From Macrostomum hystrix (Eukaryota > Animalia > Platyhelminthes), in the NCBI GenBank assembly GCA_950097015.1, contig CATNEN010000030.1, positions 3,782,001 to 3,846,000 on the forward strand: a stretch of 64,000 bases of DNA. The letters are read 5' to 3'. The notes beneath the pieces are model-generated. The model worked only from the letters and a program-made list of their open reading frames with translations. It did no database searches and was not told the origin of the DNA. Position 1 is the first letter of the stretch. Each line of letters starts with the position of its first letter. Positions 38,201-50,310 of this stretch are shown in pieces. The position numbers were made by a program, and so were the translations under genes.

Positions 38201-40838
38201 ATCTTCAGGCAGTGAACACTCTCAAACTTTCGTATCTTTAGGCAGTGAACACTCTCAAACTTTCGTATCTTCAGGCAGTGAACACTCTCGTCGCTGTGTC
38301 TTGGAGGTTGGCCCTCAAGGGCGTAAATTGCACGACCAGCCCCCGAGCCATCTCTCCGCGGCTGCGCCCCAAATGAATGTGGCCTCGCCACGGAATCGAG
38401 CTCAGGATCTCCGTGCGAGTGGCAAACGCATCAACGCTCTGCCACTCACCCCCTTATCAGATCAGTGGATTAGTTTGTATTCTATCTCGGTCATTGATGA
38501 AAAGTGCTAATCTATTATAGAAAAACACTTGTGAATTATTAATCGCCAATCTAAGAGCGCTTTCCACAGTTAAGAATTGTGTATTGCTAATCATCTATCA
38601 TTTTATCAATATGTTTTTCGTTTAATGTATAAATAAAATTAAAGTATAAAGTACTTACACGTGGAGCCTCGTATTTGACGCCCTGTCGGGGGAACACCTC
38701 GAAGTTGTTTGTGCAGCTGGACAGGTCCTTGGTCTTCTCGACCTTGTTTGCGCCGGTCTGCTTGTAGACTGTCCAGCAGTTGCCGAGAACGTCATTCTGA
38801 GAAATTGCATTTGTGAGTGATTTTTACAAGCTGAGCGAAAAAAACAATCCCAGTTCCCTACATCTCCGATTCCGCTTCCCTTATCTCAATCCAAGTTCCC
38901 TACATCTTCAATCCCAGTTCCCTACATCTCCAATTCCGGTTCCCTTATCTCAACCCCAGTTCCCTACATCTCCGATTCCGGTTCCCTTATCTCAATCCCA
39001 GTTCCCTACATCTCCGATTCCGGTTCCCTTATCTCAATCCCAGTTCCCTACATCTTCAATCCCAGTTCCCTACATCTTCAATTCCTGTTCCCTACATCTT
39101 CAATCTCAGTTCCCTACATCTTCAATTCCAGTTCCCTACATCTTCAATTCGTGTTCCCTACATCTTCAATCCCAGTTCCCTACATCTTCAATTCCAGTTC
39201 CCTACATCTTCAATTCCTGTTCCCTACATCTTCAATCTCAGTTCCGTACATCTTCAATCCCGGTTCCCTACATTACATCTCTAATCCCAGTTCCCTGCAT
39301 CTTCAAACCCGATTCCCTACATCTACATAGTAGTCAGATAGTCATCATGCTATCGAGAGTCGCCTACTTCGCGGACGGTGGTTTCTTGATCTGGCTGATC
39401 GATGGACAGGTGCAGCTGTGACAGCAGGCCGCGTTTGAAGTTGAGGCTAGCTCGCGTCTCCTCACTGCCCGGGCAAATGTCGCCGACGCGGCCGTCCTCG
39501 AACGAGAATCGGAGCGGCGCCTTCAAAGAGTCGACCAGCGCCTTTGGCAGCGACTTCGCCTCAAGGTTGGCAGCCTCGGATGGCGACTTGGACGACTTGG
39601 TCTCCTGGATGTCCACCGTCAGCACCATCTCGCAGTCGCTGTGGACCTCGAAGTTGGCCTTGCCGCTCACCTGCATGAGCACGGACTTCTCCTGGCTAAG
39701 GCTGGACTTCAGCTCCACCTTCTGCTGGAAGCTGTACTGGTAGGTTTTTCCTGCCGCGTAGCCGGTCCAGAATTTCCTGCCTGAGCAGCTCAGTGAGCAG
39801 CTGCTGGTGGATGATGGGGCTACGGCGGCTGGCCCTGGGTTAGTTGCGCATTGTGAGAATGATTAGGATTGTTAGTAGCAAAAAATACATTGGGATCTCT
39901 CAGTACGATGATATAAGAAAATTTTTCGCACCTGCCCTAATTGGGCCAGATGTGCAGCCTACAGCCCAGCCGCAGCTAATGCGCGGCGCATCTGAAAGCT
40001 GTGTACAGCTGTTCAGTCCGTGGACTGGGGGCGCCATACCCACCTTCCATTACCCCAGCTGATGCTGGTACCTATTTAACAATTGTTTGGCTAAAGTAAA
40101 AAAATAGTTCCATTGGAGTTAAGAATCGAACCACCGACGCTCCGAACCCCTTGGGGTGTAGCCATAAAAAATCCGAAAGGTTCAAAATAAATTTCGTTCT
40201 TGATTCAAATTCGAGAGAACTGCAGCCTAATTTGTAGAATCACTACGCAGTCTCACTACGAGTTGAATGTCTATGCGTCAGAAATAATCTCGACTTTGTT
40301 AGAGATCTTACCGAACCATGATGGGAAATAAAGTAAACTTCTAATAAGCCAATAAATCCAGTTATGGTATAATAATATCGGATTTATAAAGCCACCCCTA
40401 CGTTTTCATGAGCTAGCTAACGCGTTTACCTCTCGCACCAAGCTCCCTGAGCTCGATTCCGCGGCGAGGCCTCATTCATTTGGGGTGCAGCCGCGAAGAG
40501 AAGGCTTGGGGGCTTGTCGTGCAATTTACATCATTGAGGGCCAACCTCCAAGGCGCAGTGAGAGTGTACACTGCCTGACGATGAGAAAGTCAGGACAGGT
40601 GTACAGTGTATGCCTGCGTACGGTATCTGTGTGTGTGTGTGTGTGTGCTCAGGAGTCAGTGGAATGGGCAGAATTGCCTCATCGCTGGCTGCGATTCTAG
40701 TGTCACCAAATGATGTACAAAAGTGCCTGACATGGACGCACATGCAAAAAAATATTAGTAAAAAATGATGCCACACTTACGGGCCTGTGCCACGGCCAGA
40801 ATGCAGCTGATTAAGGCAAAGAGAAGTTTACAATCCAT
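26226..40838 (-). CDS. Large lipid transfer protein (apolipophorin / apoB / vitellogenin superfamily), ~3649 aa. Exons (-): 40838-40781, 39834-39368, 38796-38659, 37669-37122, 37011-36837, 36380-34339, 34159-33508, 33350-28692, 28595-28173, 28013-26226
   Basis: Signal peptide MDCKLLFALISCILAVAQA, then Vitellogenin_N motifs (YAAGKTYQYSF, PLRFSFEDGRVGDICP, NFKRGLLSQL, DVLGNCWTVY, ALLSIGNIG, DSELRIAAY), a DUF1943-like region (ESNVIYSRSSAVPR), an RRKRR basic site and a C-terminal VWD (YIQTFGGK, YHGRLNGAFGNNDGNPSND). All ten exons join in phase. The last exon boundary is slightly uncertain. Confidence 0.88.
37985..38452 (-). mobile_element. SINE family 1 copy, rearranged, with an internal 33-nt segment tandemly amplified ~6.5 times (38074-38290)
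   Basis: tRNA head at 38390-38452. The unit CAGGCAGTGAACACTCTCAAACTTTCGTATCTT derives from the SINE body. Confidence 0.8.
38836..39325. repeat. ~22/42-nt minisatellite (CAGTTCCCTACATCTTCAATCC)n, lipid-transfer gene intron 2
   Basis: Direct reading. Confidence 0.9.
40411..40716 (+). mobile_element. SINE family 1 copy in lipid-transfer gene intron 1, ends truncated
   Basis: CTAACGCGTTTACC...GAGCTCGATTCCGCGGCGAGG...CTAGTGTCACCAAATGATGT matches the family. Confidence 0.8.
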
Positions 40839-41782
40839 GACACTTTGCAATCAGTGCCACGAAGCAAGTCAAACTAGGGGGGAGCAAGGTGAAGGGGAAA
40901 GCCAGCAGAGAGCTGAGTCTGTTGGACTTAAATAGTGTGGCTGCTAATATACACCTCCCTCTGCCAGATTAGGCCGCTGATAATGGGCACAGCGCCGCGG
41001 GAGGGTCATAGGTTAGCGATTAGCCGTTCTCGCAGCTGGACTATGGGGGGCGCGAGTCTGTCCAGGCCGCTGCGGCGCGATAACAAGCCGAGAGGCGGAG
41101 AGGACCACCAAAGTAGCGGCGATATCGGACCCTGGCCTTGACAGCGGAGGGTCCAACTGCTAATTTAACAGCTCCCCATTTCCTGTTGTTGCTGTGCTCC
41201 TATAAATAGCGATTACTCGGAATGCTGCGCACCTGCTGATTGCACTCGCGCCTCAGCGAACAGCTCACATTGAAATGAATCATCGCTAAATTTTCTATGC
41301 GTTTGTGCGTTTTCCCGCAAATGTGAAACTTAGTAGATTATAGGCAATTCTCTGCGACCTCCAAGGATTCGATACTCCACTAAATGGCACTCGCCTTCAG
41401 CACCTGTTTGGTTCCAAGTCAATAAGCCGCGTCCAAATGTTTTAGAGTTTGAAGCGTCCAGTTTATCGATTGTTCAGCGAGGTGTGTTTACTTAAGGATA
41501 AACATTAGAATTGCTATATCAGAAATTTCATAGCGGGTTTTGTATGGGTCGAAAAATGTTCATTTCCAGATGAAATTGTTGCGAAATATGCAAAAAACTG
41601 ATAAGACAAGAATCAGACTTTCAGCCAACAGAATACTTTCACATCTTGATATCTGACTGGGCCGGTGTTTCAGTATGGTTAAAACTAACAGCTGATCTCC
41701 ATAACAGTTTAGTATCCTGATGAATTATAGTTGCGCCCCACTGTGGCGAATAAGGTCGAGAACTAAAAAATCTCAGCCGAGC

Positions 41783-44700
41783 AAGACCAGCTGAGAAATT
41801 ACCATCAGGATACTTCAAACCAGCTGTGAAATTACCATCAGGATACTTCAAACCAGCTGAGATATTACCATCAGGATACTTCAAACCAGCTGTAAAATTA
41901 CCATCAGGATACTTCAAACCAGCTGAGAAATTACCATCAGGATACTTCAAACCAGCTGAGAAATTACCATCAGGATACTTCAAACCAGCTGAGAAATTAC
42001 CATCAGGATACTTCAAACCAGCTGAGATATTACCATCAGGATACTTCAAACCAGCTGAGAAATTACCATCAGGATACTTCAAACCAGCTGAGAAATTACC
42101 ATCAGGATACTTCAAACCAGCTGAGTAATTACCATCCGGATACTTCAAACCAGCTGAGTAATTACCATCAGGATACTTCAAACCAGCTGAGTAATTACCA
42201 TCAGGATACTTCAAACCAGCTGAGTAATTACCATCAGGATACTTCAAACCAGCTGAGAAATTACCATCAGGATACTTCAAACCAGCTGAGTAATTACCAT
42301 CAGGATACTTCAAACCAGCTGAGTAATTACCATCAGGATACTTCAAACCAGCTGAGTAATTACCATCAGGATACTTCAAACCAGCTGAGTAATTACCATC
42401 AGGATACTTCAAACCAGCTGTAAAATTACCATCAGGATACTTCAAACCAGCTGAGATATTACCATCAGGATACTTCAAACCAGCTGAGAAATTACCATCA
42501 GGATACTTCAAACCAGCTGAGAAATTACCATCAGGATACTTCAAACCAGCTGAGAAATTACCATCAGGATACTTCAAACCAGCTGAGAAATTACCATCAG
42601 GATACTTCAAACCAGCTGAGAAATTACCATCAGGATACTTCAAACCAGCTGAGAAATTACCATCAGGATACTTCAAACCAGCTGAGAAATTACCATCAGG
42701 ATACTTCAAACCAGCTGAGAAATTACCATCAGGATACTTCAAACCAGCTGAGAAATTACCATCAGGATACTTTTAACCAGCTGTAAAATTACCATCAGGA
42801 TACTTCAAACCAGCTGAGAAATTACCATCAGGATACCTCAAACCAGCTGAGTAATTACCATCAGGATACTTCAAACCAGCTGAGTAATTACCATCAGGAT
42901 ACTTCAAACCAGCTGAGAAATTACCATCAGGATACTTCAAACCAGCTGTGAAATTACCATCAGGATACTTCAAACCAGCTGTGAAATTACCATCAGGATA
43001 CTTCAAACCAGCTGAGAAATTACCATCAGGATACTTCAAACCAGCTGAGAAATTACCATCAGGATACTTCAAACCAGCTGAGTAATTACCATCAGGATAC
43101 TTCAAACCAGCTGAGTAATTACCATCAGGATACTTCAAACCAGCTGTAAAATTACCATCAGGATACTTTAAACCAGCTGAGTAATTACCATCAGGATACT
43201 TCAAACCAGCTGAGTAATTACCATCAGGATACTTCAAACCAGCTGAGAAATTACCATCAGGATACTTCAAACCAGCTGAGATATTACCATCAGGATACTT
43301 CAAACCAGCTGAGATATTACCATCAGGATACTTCAAACCAGCTGAGAAATTACCATCAGGATACTTCAAACCAGCTGAGTAATTACCATCAGGATACTTC
43401 AAACCAGCTGAGTAATTACCATCAGGATACTTCAAACCAGCTGAGTAATTACCATCAGGATACTTCAAACCAGCTGTGAAATTACCATCAGGATACTTCA
43501 AACCAGCTGTGAAATTACCATCAGGATACTTCAAACCAGCTGTAAAATTACCATCAGGATACTTCAAACCAGCTGTGAAATTACCATCAGGATACTTCAA
43601 ACCAGCTGTGAAATTACCATCAGGATACTTCAAACCAGCTGAGAAATTACCATCAGGATACTTCAAACCAGCTGAGTAATTACCATCAGGATACTTCAAA
43701 CCAGCTGAGAAATTACCATCAGGATACTTCAAACCAGCTGTGAAATTACCATCAGGATACTTCAAACCAGCTGAGAAATTACCATCAGGATACTTCAAAC
43801 CAGCTGTAAAATTACCATCAGGATACTTCAAACCAGCTGAGTAATTACCATCAGGATACTTCAAACCAGCTGAGAAATTACCATCAGGATACTTCAAACC
43901 AGCTGAGAAATTACCATCAGGATACTTCAAACCAGCTGAGAAATTACCATCAGGATACTTCAAACCAGCTGAGATATTACCATCAGGATACTTCAAACCA
44001 GCTGTGAAATTACCATCAGGATACTTCAAACCAGCTGAGATATTACCATCAGGATACTTCAAACCAGCTGTAAAATTACCATCAGGATACTTCAAACCAG
44101 CTGAGAAATTACCATCAGGATACTTCAAACCAGCTGAGTAATTACCATCAGGATACTTCAAACCAGCTGAGTAATTACCATCAGGATACTTCAAACCAGC
44201 TGAGTAATTACCATCAGGATACTTCAAACCAGCTGTGAAATTACCATCAGGATACTTCAAACCAGCTGAGAAATTACCATCAGGATACTTCAAACCAGCT
44301 GAGAAATTACCATCAGGATACTTCAAACCAGCTGAGAAATTACCATCAGGATACTTCAAACCAGCTGAGAAATTACCATCAGGATACTTCAAACCAGCTG
44401 AGAAATTACCATCAGGATACTTCAAACCAGCTGAGATATTACCATCAGGATACTTCAAACCAGCTGTGAAATTACCATCAGGATACTTCAAACCAGCTGA
44501 GATATTACCATCAGGATACTTCAAACCAGCTGTAAAATTACCATCAGGATACTTCAAACCAGCTGAGAAATTACCATCAGGATACTTCAAACCAGCTGAG
44601 TAATTACCATCAGGATACTTCAAACCAGCTGAGTAATTACCATCAGGATACTTCAAACCAGCTGAGTAATTACCATCAGGATACTTCAAACCAGCTGTGA

Positions 44701-45045
44701 AATTACCATCAGGATACTTCAAACCAGCTGAGAAATTACCATCAGGATACTTCAAACCAGCTGAGAAATTACCATCAGGATACTTCAAACCAGCTGAGAA
44801 ATTACCATCAGGATACTTCAAACAAGCTGAGAAATTACCATCAGGATACTTCAAACCAGCTGTAAAATTACCATCAGGATACTTCAAACCAGCTGTAAAA
44901 TTACCATCAGGATACTTCAAACCAGCTGAGAAATTACCATCAGGATACTTCAAACCAGCTGAGAAATTACCATCAGGATACTTCAAACCAGCTGAGAAAT
45001 TACCATCAGGATACTTCAAACCAGCTGAGAAATTACCATCAGGAT
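41783..45045. repeat. 33-nt minisatellite (ACCAGCTGAGAAATTACCATCAGGATACTTCAA)n, ~99 copies, between FAM78 and the lipid-transfer gene
   Basis: Direct reading; variation is almost confined to four adjacent positions. Confidence 0.97.
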
Positions 45046-45449
45046 TAGCGGCGGTAGAAACTTAGGTGGGTGTGGCGGCCACACCCTCCACGGACTGAAC
45101 ACAGTTGTACAAAGTTGCTGTGTGATTGGTTGGGCACCTATTTACATACGAGCTATCTATAGTAAGTTCGTACTAGCTTCCAAAATTAATAATTTAAGCC
45201 AACGAAAAGTTTTGATTGCAGAACTAAGAATTGTCTGCTGCTATCTTATTGGCCATGATATATCAGATTGACACCGAAAAGGAAGCATTCAATTCTCGTA
45301 ATTTAATTCGCCACCAAATGCTTAATGATGGACGTGTCGAGTCTGCCATTGACGCAAAGTAAAAATATCAGTTTCTTTATTCTTTATTTTTTTAACCCAA
45401 TTGAAATGTTTGACAAAAGTGGAAAAATTATTTTCTAACTTGTAGGCGC

Positions 45450-46625
45450 TCATTTTCTTTTGCTGGAGCACCTGCTGGAGAAGCAGCGGTGCGCCGGGCT
45501 GACTGCGCCGATGCTCGGAAGTTTGCTAGCAAGCGGAGGGTCTCCGGGAAAGCACGGGAATAGGTTTGGCCTCGGAGTAGGACTGTTGAAGTTGGACACG
45601 TTTGAATAGCCGATGGTCATGTCCTCGCGCCACTTGTCCCAGGGGACCACGATGTCGACAGGCTTAGCCTTCAATACTAGAGTGTCGCTTTTGTCCTTTG
45701 GATAGAAAATCAGCGACTGGCAGGAGTTGCAGTTGGGCGGCACCAGGGCAGACGTCGGTATCGGGTCGATCGTCTGCAGCACCCTTGGCTGCTCGTTCTG
45801 AACATCGTTGATGCTCCTACACCGCTTGCCCAGCGGCATTTGGCAATCAAACTTCAAGTCAACGTTGTACTTCCACTCCATAGCCTGCAGCACGTGCAGC
45901 TCGTCCAAGTCAGGGCGGAACTGCGAGTAAGTGCAGATTGGGAAGCCGTTCTTCTGGTGGTTTTTGCCCCGCTTAATTGCGATTAGCCAGACCTTGAAGT
46001 GCTGCTCCCTATTCACATCTGTGAGCCAGCTGGTCCGCCTATGTTGCTGCAAGCCCCATTGCATGGTTGGATAGAAGAAGTCTGAGAAGTGCAGCTCGTA
46101 GCTACAGTGGAACAGTGGTCGACCGGATGCGATCTCGAGCAGGCAGGTCTCGTGAGAATAAAACGGCCACTGCAGCCCGTTGCTGTCATTCACCATCTTG
46201 TGCAGTCCGCTCTTGGTTGGATGAAACTCCCACTGGTAGTTGCCGAAGGACTCAAACTGGTTTGAGAGCTGTAGGTAGTCGCACGCCTGAGCTAAGCCGA
46301 TCGTCCAGTCACTGTCAGGTGTAGAGTTTTCCAGCGTGATGCCGATTCGGCATTTGAACTTCTGGCCCTGCCACTGCATCAGCTGCGGCTTCTCTATTAC
46401 CTTAGTCTGTGGCTGGTTCTTGAAAGACTTGCTGTAGTACACACGGGTGTAGTTGATTGAAATGTGCTCATCTGGCCTGAAGCGTGAGCCAAGTACGCTG
46501 CCCCGATCGAGCCGGCAGGCAGTTTCAATGTGGGTATCCAGAGTGCCCTTGGTGATGACATGGTTGGCCGAAGTCTCGTCGGATTTGGAACTCTTGCGAC
46601 TGCTGTTCTTGGGTAGCTGCTCCAT
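45450..46625 (-). CDS. FAM78: FAM78 family protein, 391 aa, single coding exon
   Basis: WTIGLAQAC, VNDSNGLQWPFY, DFFYPTMQW, LTDVNREQHFKVWL, PLGKR, QPRVL and IPTSALVPPNCN match FAM78A/B motifs. Two AATAAA signals on the - strand at 45376-45388. Confidence 0.85.
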   Translation of the reverse strand: MEQLPKNSSRKSSKSDETSANHVITKGTLDTHIETACRLDRGSVLGSRFRPDEHISINYTRVYYSKSFKNQPQTKVIEKPQLMQWQGQKFKCRIGITLENSTPDSDWTIGLAQACDYLQLSNQFESFGNYQWEFHPTKSGLHKMVNDSNGLQWPFYSHETCLLEIASGRPLFHCSYELHFSDFFYPTMQWGLQQHRRTSWLTDVNREQHFKVWLIAIKRGKNHQKNGFPICTYSQFRPDLDELHVLQAMEWKYNVDLKFDCQMPLGKRCRSINDVQNEQPRVLQTIDPIPTSALVPPNCNSCQSLIFYPKDKSDTLVLKAKPVDIVVPWDKWREDMTIGYSNVSNFNSPTPRPNLFPCFPGDPPLASKLPSIGAVSPAHRCFSSRCSSKRK

Positions 46626-48156
46626 CAGCTGAAGCTTGCCGAGTCAGTATTAGCCGCTGAGATGCAAAGTAAGCGGACAAGCTTCGCATGCGCTTTCTCG
46701 TAGCGACTACAAGCTAATGGGCATCTTGCAGAAGAACTGGCAAGTACTGCTGGAAATTTTCGTCTATGGCCATACATACGCATCAGCATCCAGAGCGCGC
46801 GAGTACATGATACTTCTAAATGTTTCTGTCGCAAGCTGTGGAGCTGATCGATTGATTGTATGATGCCTGAGTTAGTTTCCTAATTCGAGGTATGTTAAGT
46901 CTTAAGCCCTTTGATTAGAGTTATGAAGATTTGCGAAAGTGCACAGTCCCATCAGGTGGATCATCCATATACCAGCTTCTACAAAAATTCCTAAGCATTT
47001 TTTAACTTTAGAAACTTAAAAAAATTCTCAGAACCCGTCGGTGGTTAACGTTGTCCGCTAGGAGTTGTAAAGATTCGCATTACCAACTGTGACCTGCATT
47101 GCAGCTCAGACAGCCAGACAGATTGGCCAATAACTTACCCTTCAGATTGTTTTTATCTCACATTTTCTAGAATTTTCTCGCGGCTCAAAAGCAGATTAAT
47201 TTTCGATCGAAGTCGTGCCAGTTAGCGCCGTCTCGGCACTGGCTGGCTCAGACTATATTAGATACGAGTGAAATTGCTCTAGGAATTGAGCACAGCAACT
47301 AATCACTGGCCATGCAGTTTAGAGATATGAAAATTAAATTGCAATCCATAAACGGTTCGCTAAAGCAGCACACTGGCTATAGTCTCGTCTGGTATACTGT
47401 TATCTTGGAGTATCTTCTGTTGATCGGTACGCGCTATATTCGCTTGAATTTTGCGCGTAGTCAGCAAAAGCCGCGCCAAAGCATTTTCTTACTAAACTGG
47501 CAGACAAATGAAAGCGAAACAAGAGATAACACCGATTATCTCAGGCAAACAGTGCTGACACGAGGCAAATTTTCCTTGCAAATGCTAAATATGTATTGAG
47601 ATTAGAACTATATTGGGCTGCTATACTTAGATATAATCGTTGAAACAAATTACTGCGATCCGATGTGAGCCTATATGGACAAATTTCGCATGCAATAGGC
47701 GAGCTGGAAAGCACAAGTCAAGGGTAAAGGTATTTTACTGCAGTGGCACTCATCTAATTCCAGGCTAAAAAGCGTTTAGAATGAAAATTTCTTTGATTTT
47801 GGTGCCAAAAAAAAGAATAAAACTAAAGAGGTTAGAGAATGACGCAAAACCCTCTGGAAACAAAGCTGTACGAACTAAACGCTTTTTTTCAAACACAAAA
47901 ACTAATGTTAAATTGTCTACAGAATTGAAGAAAGGATAAAACTTTGATATAACAATCACAATTCGTGCTTTTGTAGCGCGAACAGCTGACGTTCTGTTAC
48001 AAGCCATGCTTTAAACAGTAACTGACGAGAAAGCGAGGATAGAAGCCCTTGGATACAGGCTTATGATTTGTATTCGAGTTTTTTGCTACCAACAGTTTTT
48101 TTAAGTCGGTGTTTTTTATTTTAAAAAGGCTGTTTCTAAGAATTTCTCAAGCTGCT

Positions 48157-50310
48157 CTATCGAGCTTCCGGTGGCTTGGTGATCACCGGGCCGAACAGAG
48201 CCCGGAACTTGCTGTGCGGATCCTCGCCCAGGAAATAGTCGCACCAGGCGTTCAGGTACTCATCGGACGACAACCGTCCGTCCTGCGAGGCAAATTCAAC
48301 AAAAAAAGCTATTTTTCTAAGTCTAGTTAGAGTCCATGAAGACTCAGAAGCTAGTTTTAATTAATTTCATTACGCACTTGAATATAAAGGTACCCTAAAA
48401 CTGGTTGCCAAATTAGAGCAAAATGGAGCTAAGCTAGGTGTAAGTGCTGATCAACGCCGTTTAGTTGTGTGGAAATTCTTAAATATTGGAAATTTAACTA
48501 CAAATAGATCATAAAATAGGCGACTTTGTTGCGATAGCTTCATTTCCCCAGTGCCGAGAAATTTTGAACTACAAGATCAAAACAATCTCTATCTAAAGCA
48601 GATAAATGGGGTGAAGTATCTCACAATTTGAGTCTCGTGTTGTCGATGATATCATGAAATATTTGCAGAAGGGCTGCGGGCAATGGCACATCATTTGGTG
48701 ACAATAGACCCGCAGACAGCGAGGAGGCAATTCTGCCCATTTTGTTGGCTCCTGGGCAAATACGCATGCACACAGATATTGTACACAGGCACGCACTCAC
48801 ACAGGTGTCTATATCTGCCCTGACTTTCTTCACTGTGCCTTGGAGGTTGGTCCTCGCGGGCGTAAAATGCACGACACGGGCCCCAAATTAATGTGGCCTC
48901 CGCCGCGGAATCGAGCTTAGGGGCCTTAGTACGAGAGGCAAACGCGTTAATCGCTTTGCCAAAAAGCTGGGCTCCTGTCTAGATCATCAAGTTGACATCC
49001 TGTTGACATCTCACCTTGTCAATGTCCAAGACCTTGTAGAAGGCGTCGGCTTCCTCGCGGGAAACTCCCCAGGCCTCCTGGATGTTGCGGTACTCCTGCA
49101 GCTGGATGTAGCCGTCGCCTGAAGTCTCCACAGCTTTGAAGAAGGTCCAGCCAAACTGGTCGATTTCGTGCCTGAATTCGCCGTTGATCAGAGAGCGCAT
49201 GTTCTTGATGAAGTCCTTCTCAGTGATGGAGGCAAAGTGCTTGCCTGAAGTGAACATGCCGGAGTTGGGCTCTGTATCTAATGCCACACCAGTTGTTGAC
49301 AGCCATTTATAATAAAAGTACACTATAATTGCGCCGGATTTTGACGTACCATCTTTATCAATTGCGATGTACTTCACCCAGATGGAAAGGATTGCTCGCA
49401 TCACAGCGTTGCTCTTCTTCCTGTCCAGATGGCCTCGCTGGCTTAGCGACCTGGCAATCTGGATGAAGTCCTGGCAGCTGATCTTACCCTCGCCGCTGAT
49501 GTCCAACCTGCGGAACATGCAGCGCATCTTGCCCTCCCAGAAAGGACCGCAGTCGACAACGCCAAAATCCTCCGGGCGCTTGTAGCTGACAAGTGGTCCG
49601 AACACCTTCAGGCCTGAGTTTTAAGGACGAGCAACAAGTCCTGTGTCCAGATTCTCTAAACCTTATTTGTCATCGTTTTTAGACTATTTACAATGAAAAT
49701 AGCGTAAAACAGAATGGTCCAAAGATGGCAGAAAAGCATTCCTACCGGTTTTTTGATCCTCCGAAAAGAAGTAATTTGCCCAGGTAGCCCGAAAAGTAGC
49801 CAAGTTCATCTTGCCTTTGCGTTCAGTGTCCTGGATCTTAAAGATTAAGTCCGAATCACGATCAGTCACCTGGAATGTCTGCATCAGCATTTTGAATTCC
49901 AGGTTCGAGATAAGGCCATCTTCATCGCAGTCAGCGGCCTTGAAGATTGGCTCCACGATCGACTCGAAGAACTTCTCCTTTAATGTGCTGTTGAGCGTGC
50001 TCTTCAGGTTCTCAACGAGGTCGTTCTCAAGTAACTGGTGGTTGCAGCGATGGTGCTCGTCCACGGAGGTGCACAGAAAGCCGAACCAGAAGTCGATCAT
50101 GGCCTTGACTAGCGCATCACCATTGTACGTACTCATCTTGGGAAAGGCGTCCAAAATCGACGTGGAAATCTCGATCATGTCGTCTAGACAGAGGTAGCCA
50201 TTGCCCACGGCGTCAGTCTGTCGATAGAAGGTGCGCATCTTGCGCACCCAGAAATCGTTAAACTTGCATTCCGGATACTCCTGCTCAGTTTTGGTACTAG
50301 CCAGCGCCAT
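48157..50310 (-). CDS. Tandem two-domain sarcoplasmic calcium-binding protein (SCP / aequorin-type EF-hand fold), ~394 aa; exons (-) 50310-49746, 49613-49350, 49244-49015, 48282-48157
   Basis: Two repeats each begin FWxxKMR..F...D..G.G and end W..YF..ED.....FGP, like annelid SCP. EF loops are DAVGNGYLCLDD, DCDEDGLISNLE, DISGEGKISCQD, ETSGDGYIQLQE and DIDKDGRLSSDE. Exon phases are consistent. Confidence 0.85.
48655..48962 (-). mobile_element. SINE family 1 copy with internal deletions in SCP gene intron 3
   Basis: Reverse-complement match to the family head and tail. Confidence 0.75.

Noticed and set aside
41783-45045. CRISPR-like appearance of the 33-nt regular repeat (and other arrays)
   Set aside because: Units are directly adjacent with no unique spacers, there are no cas genes and the context is eukaryotic.
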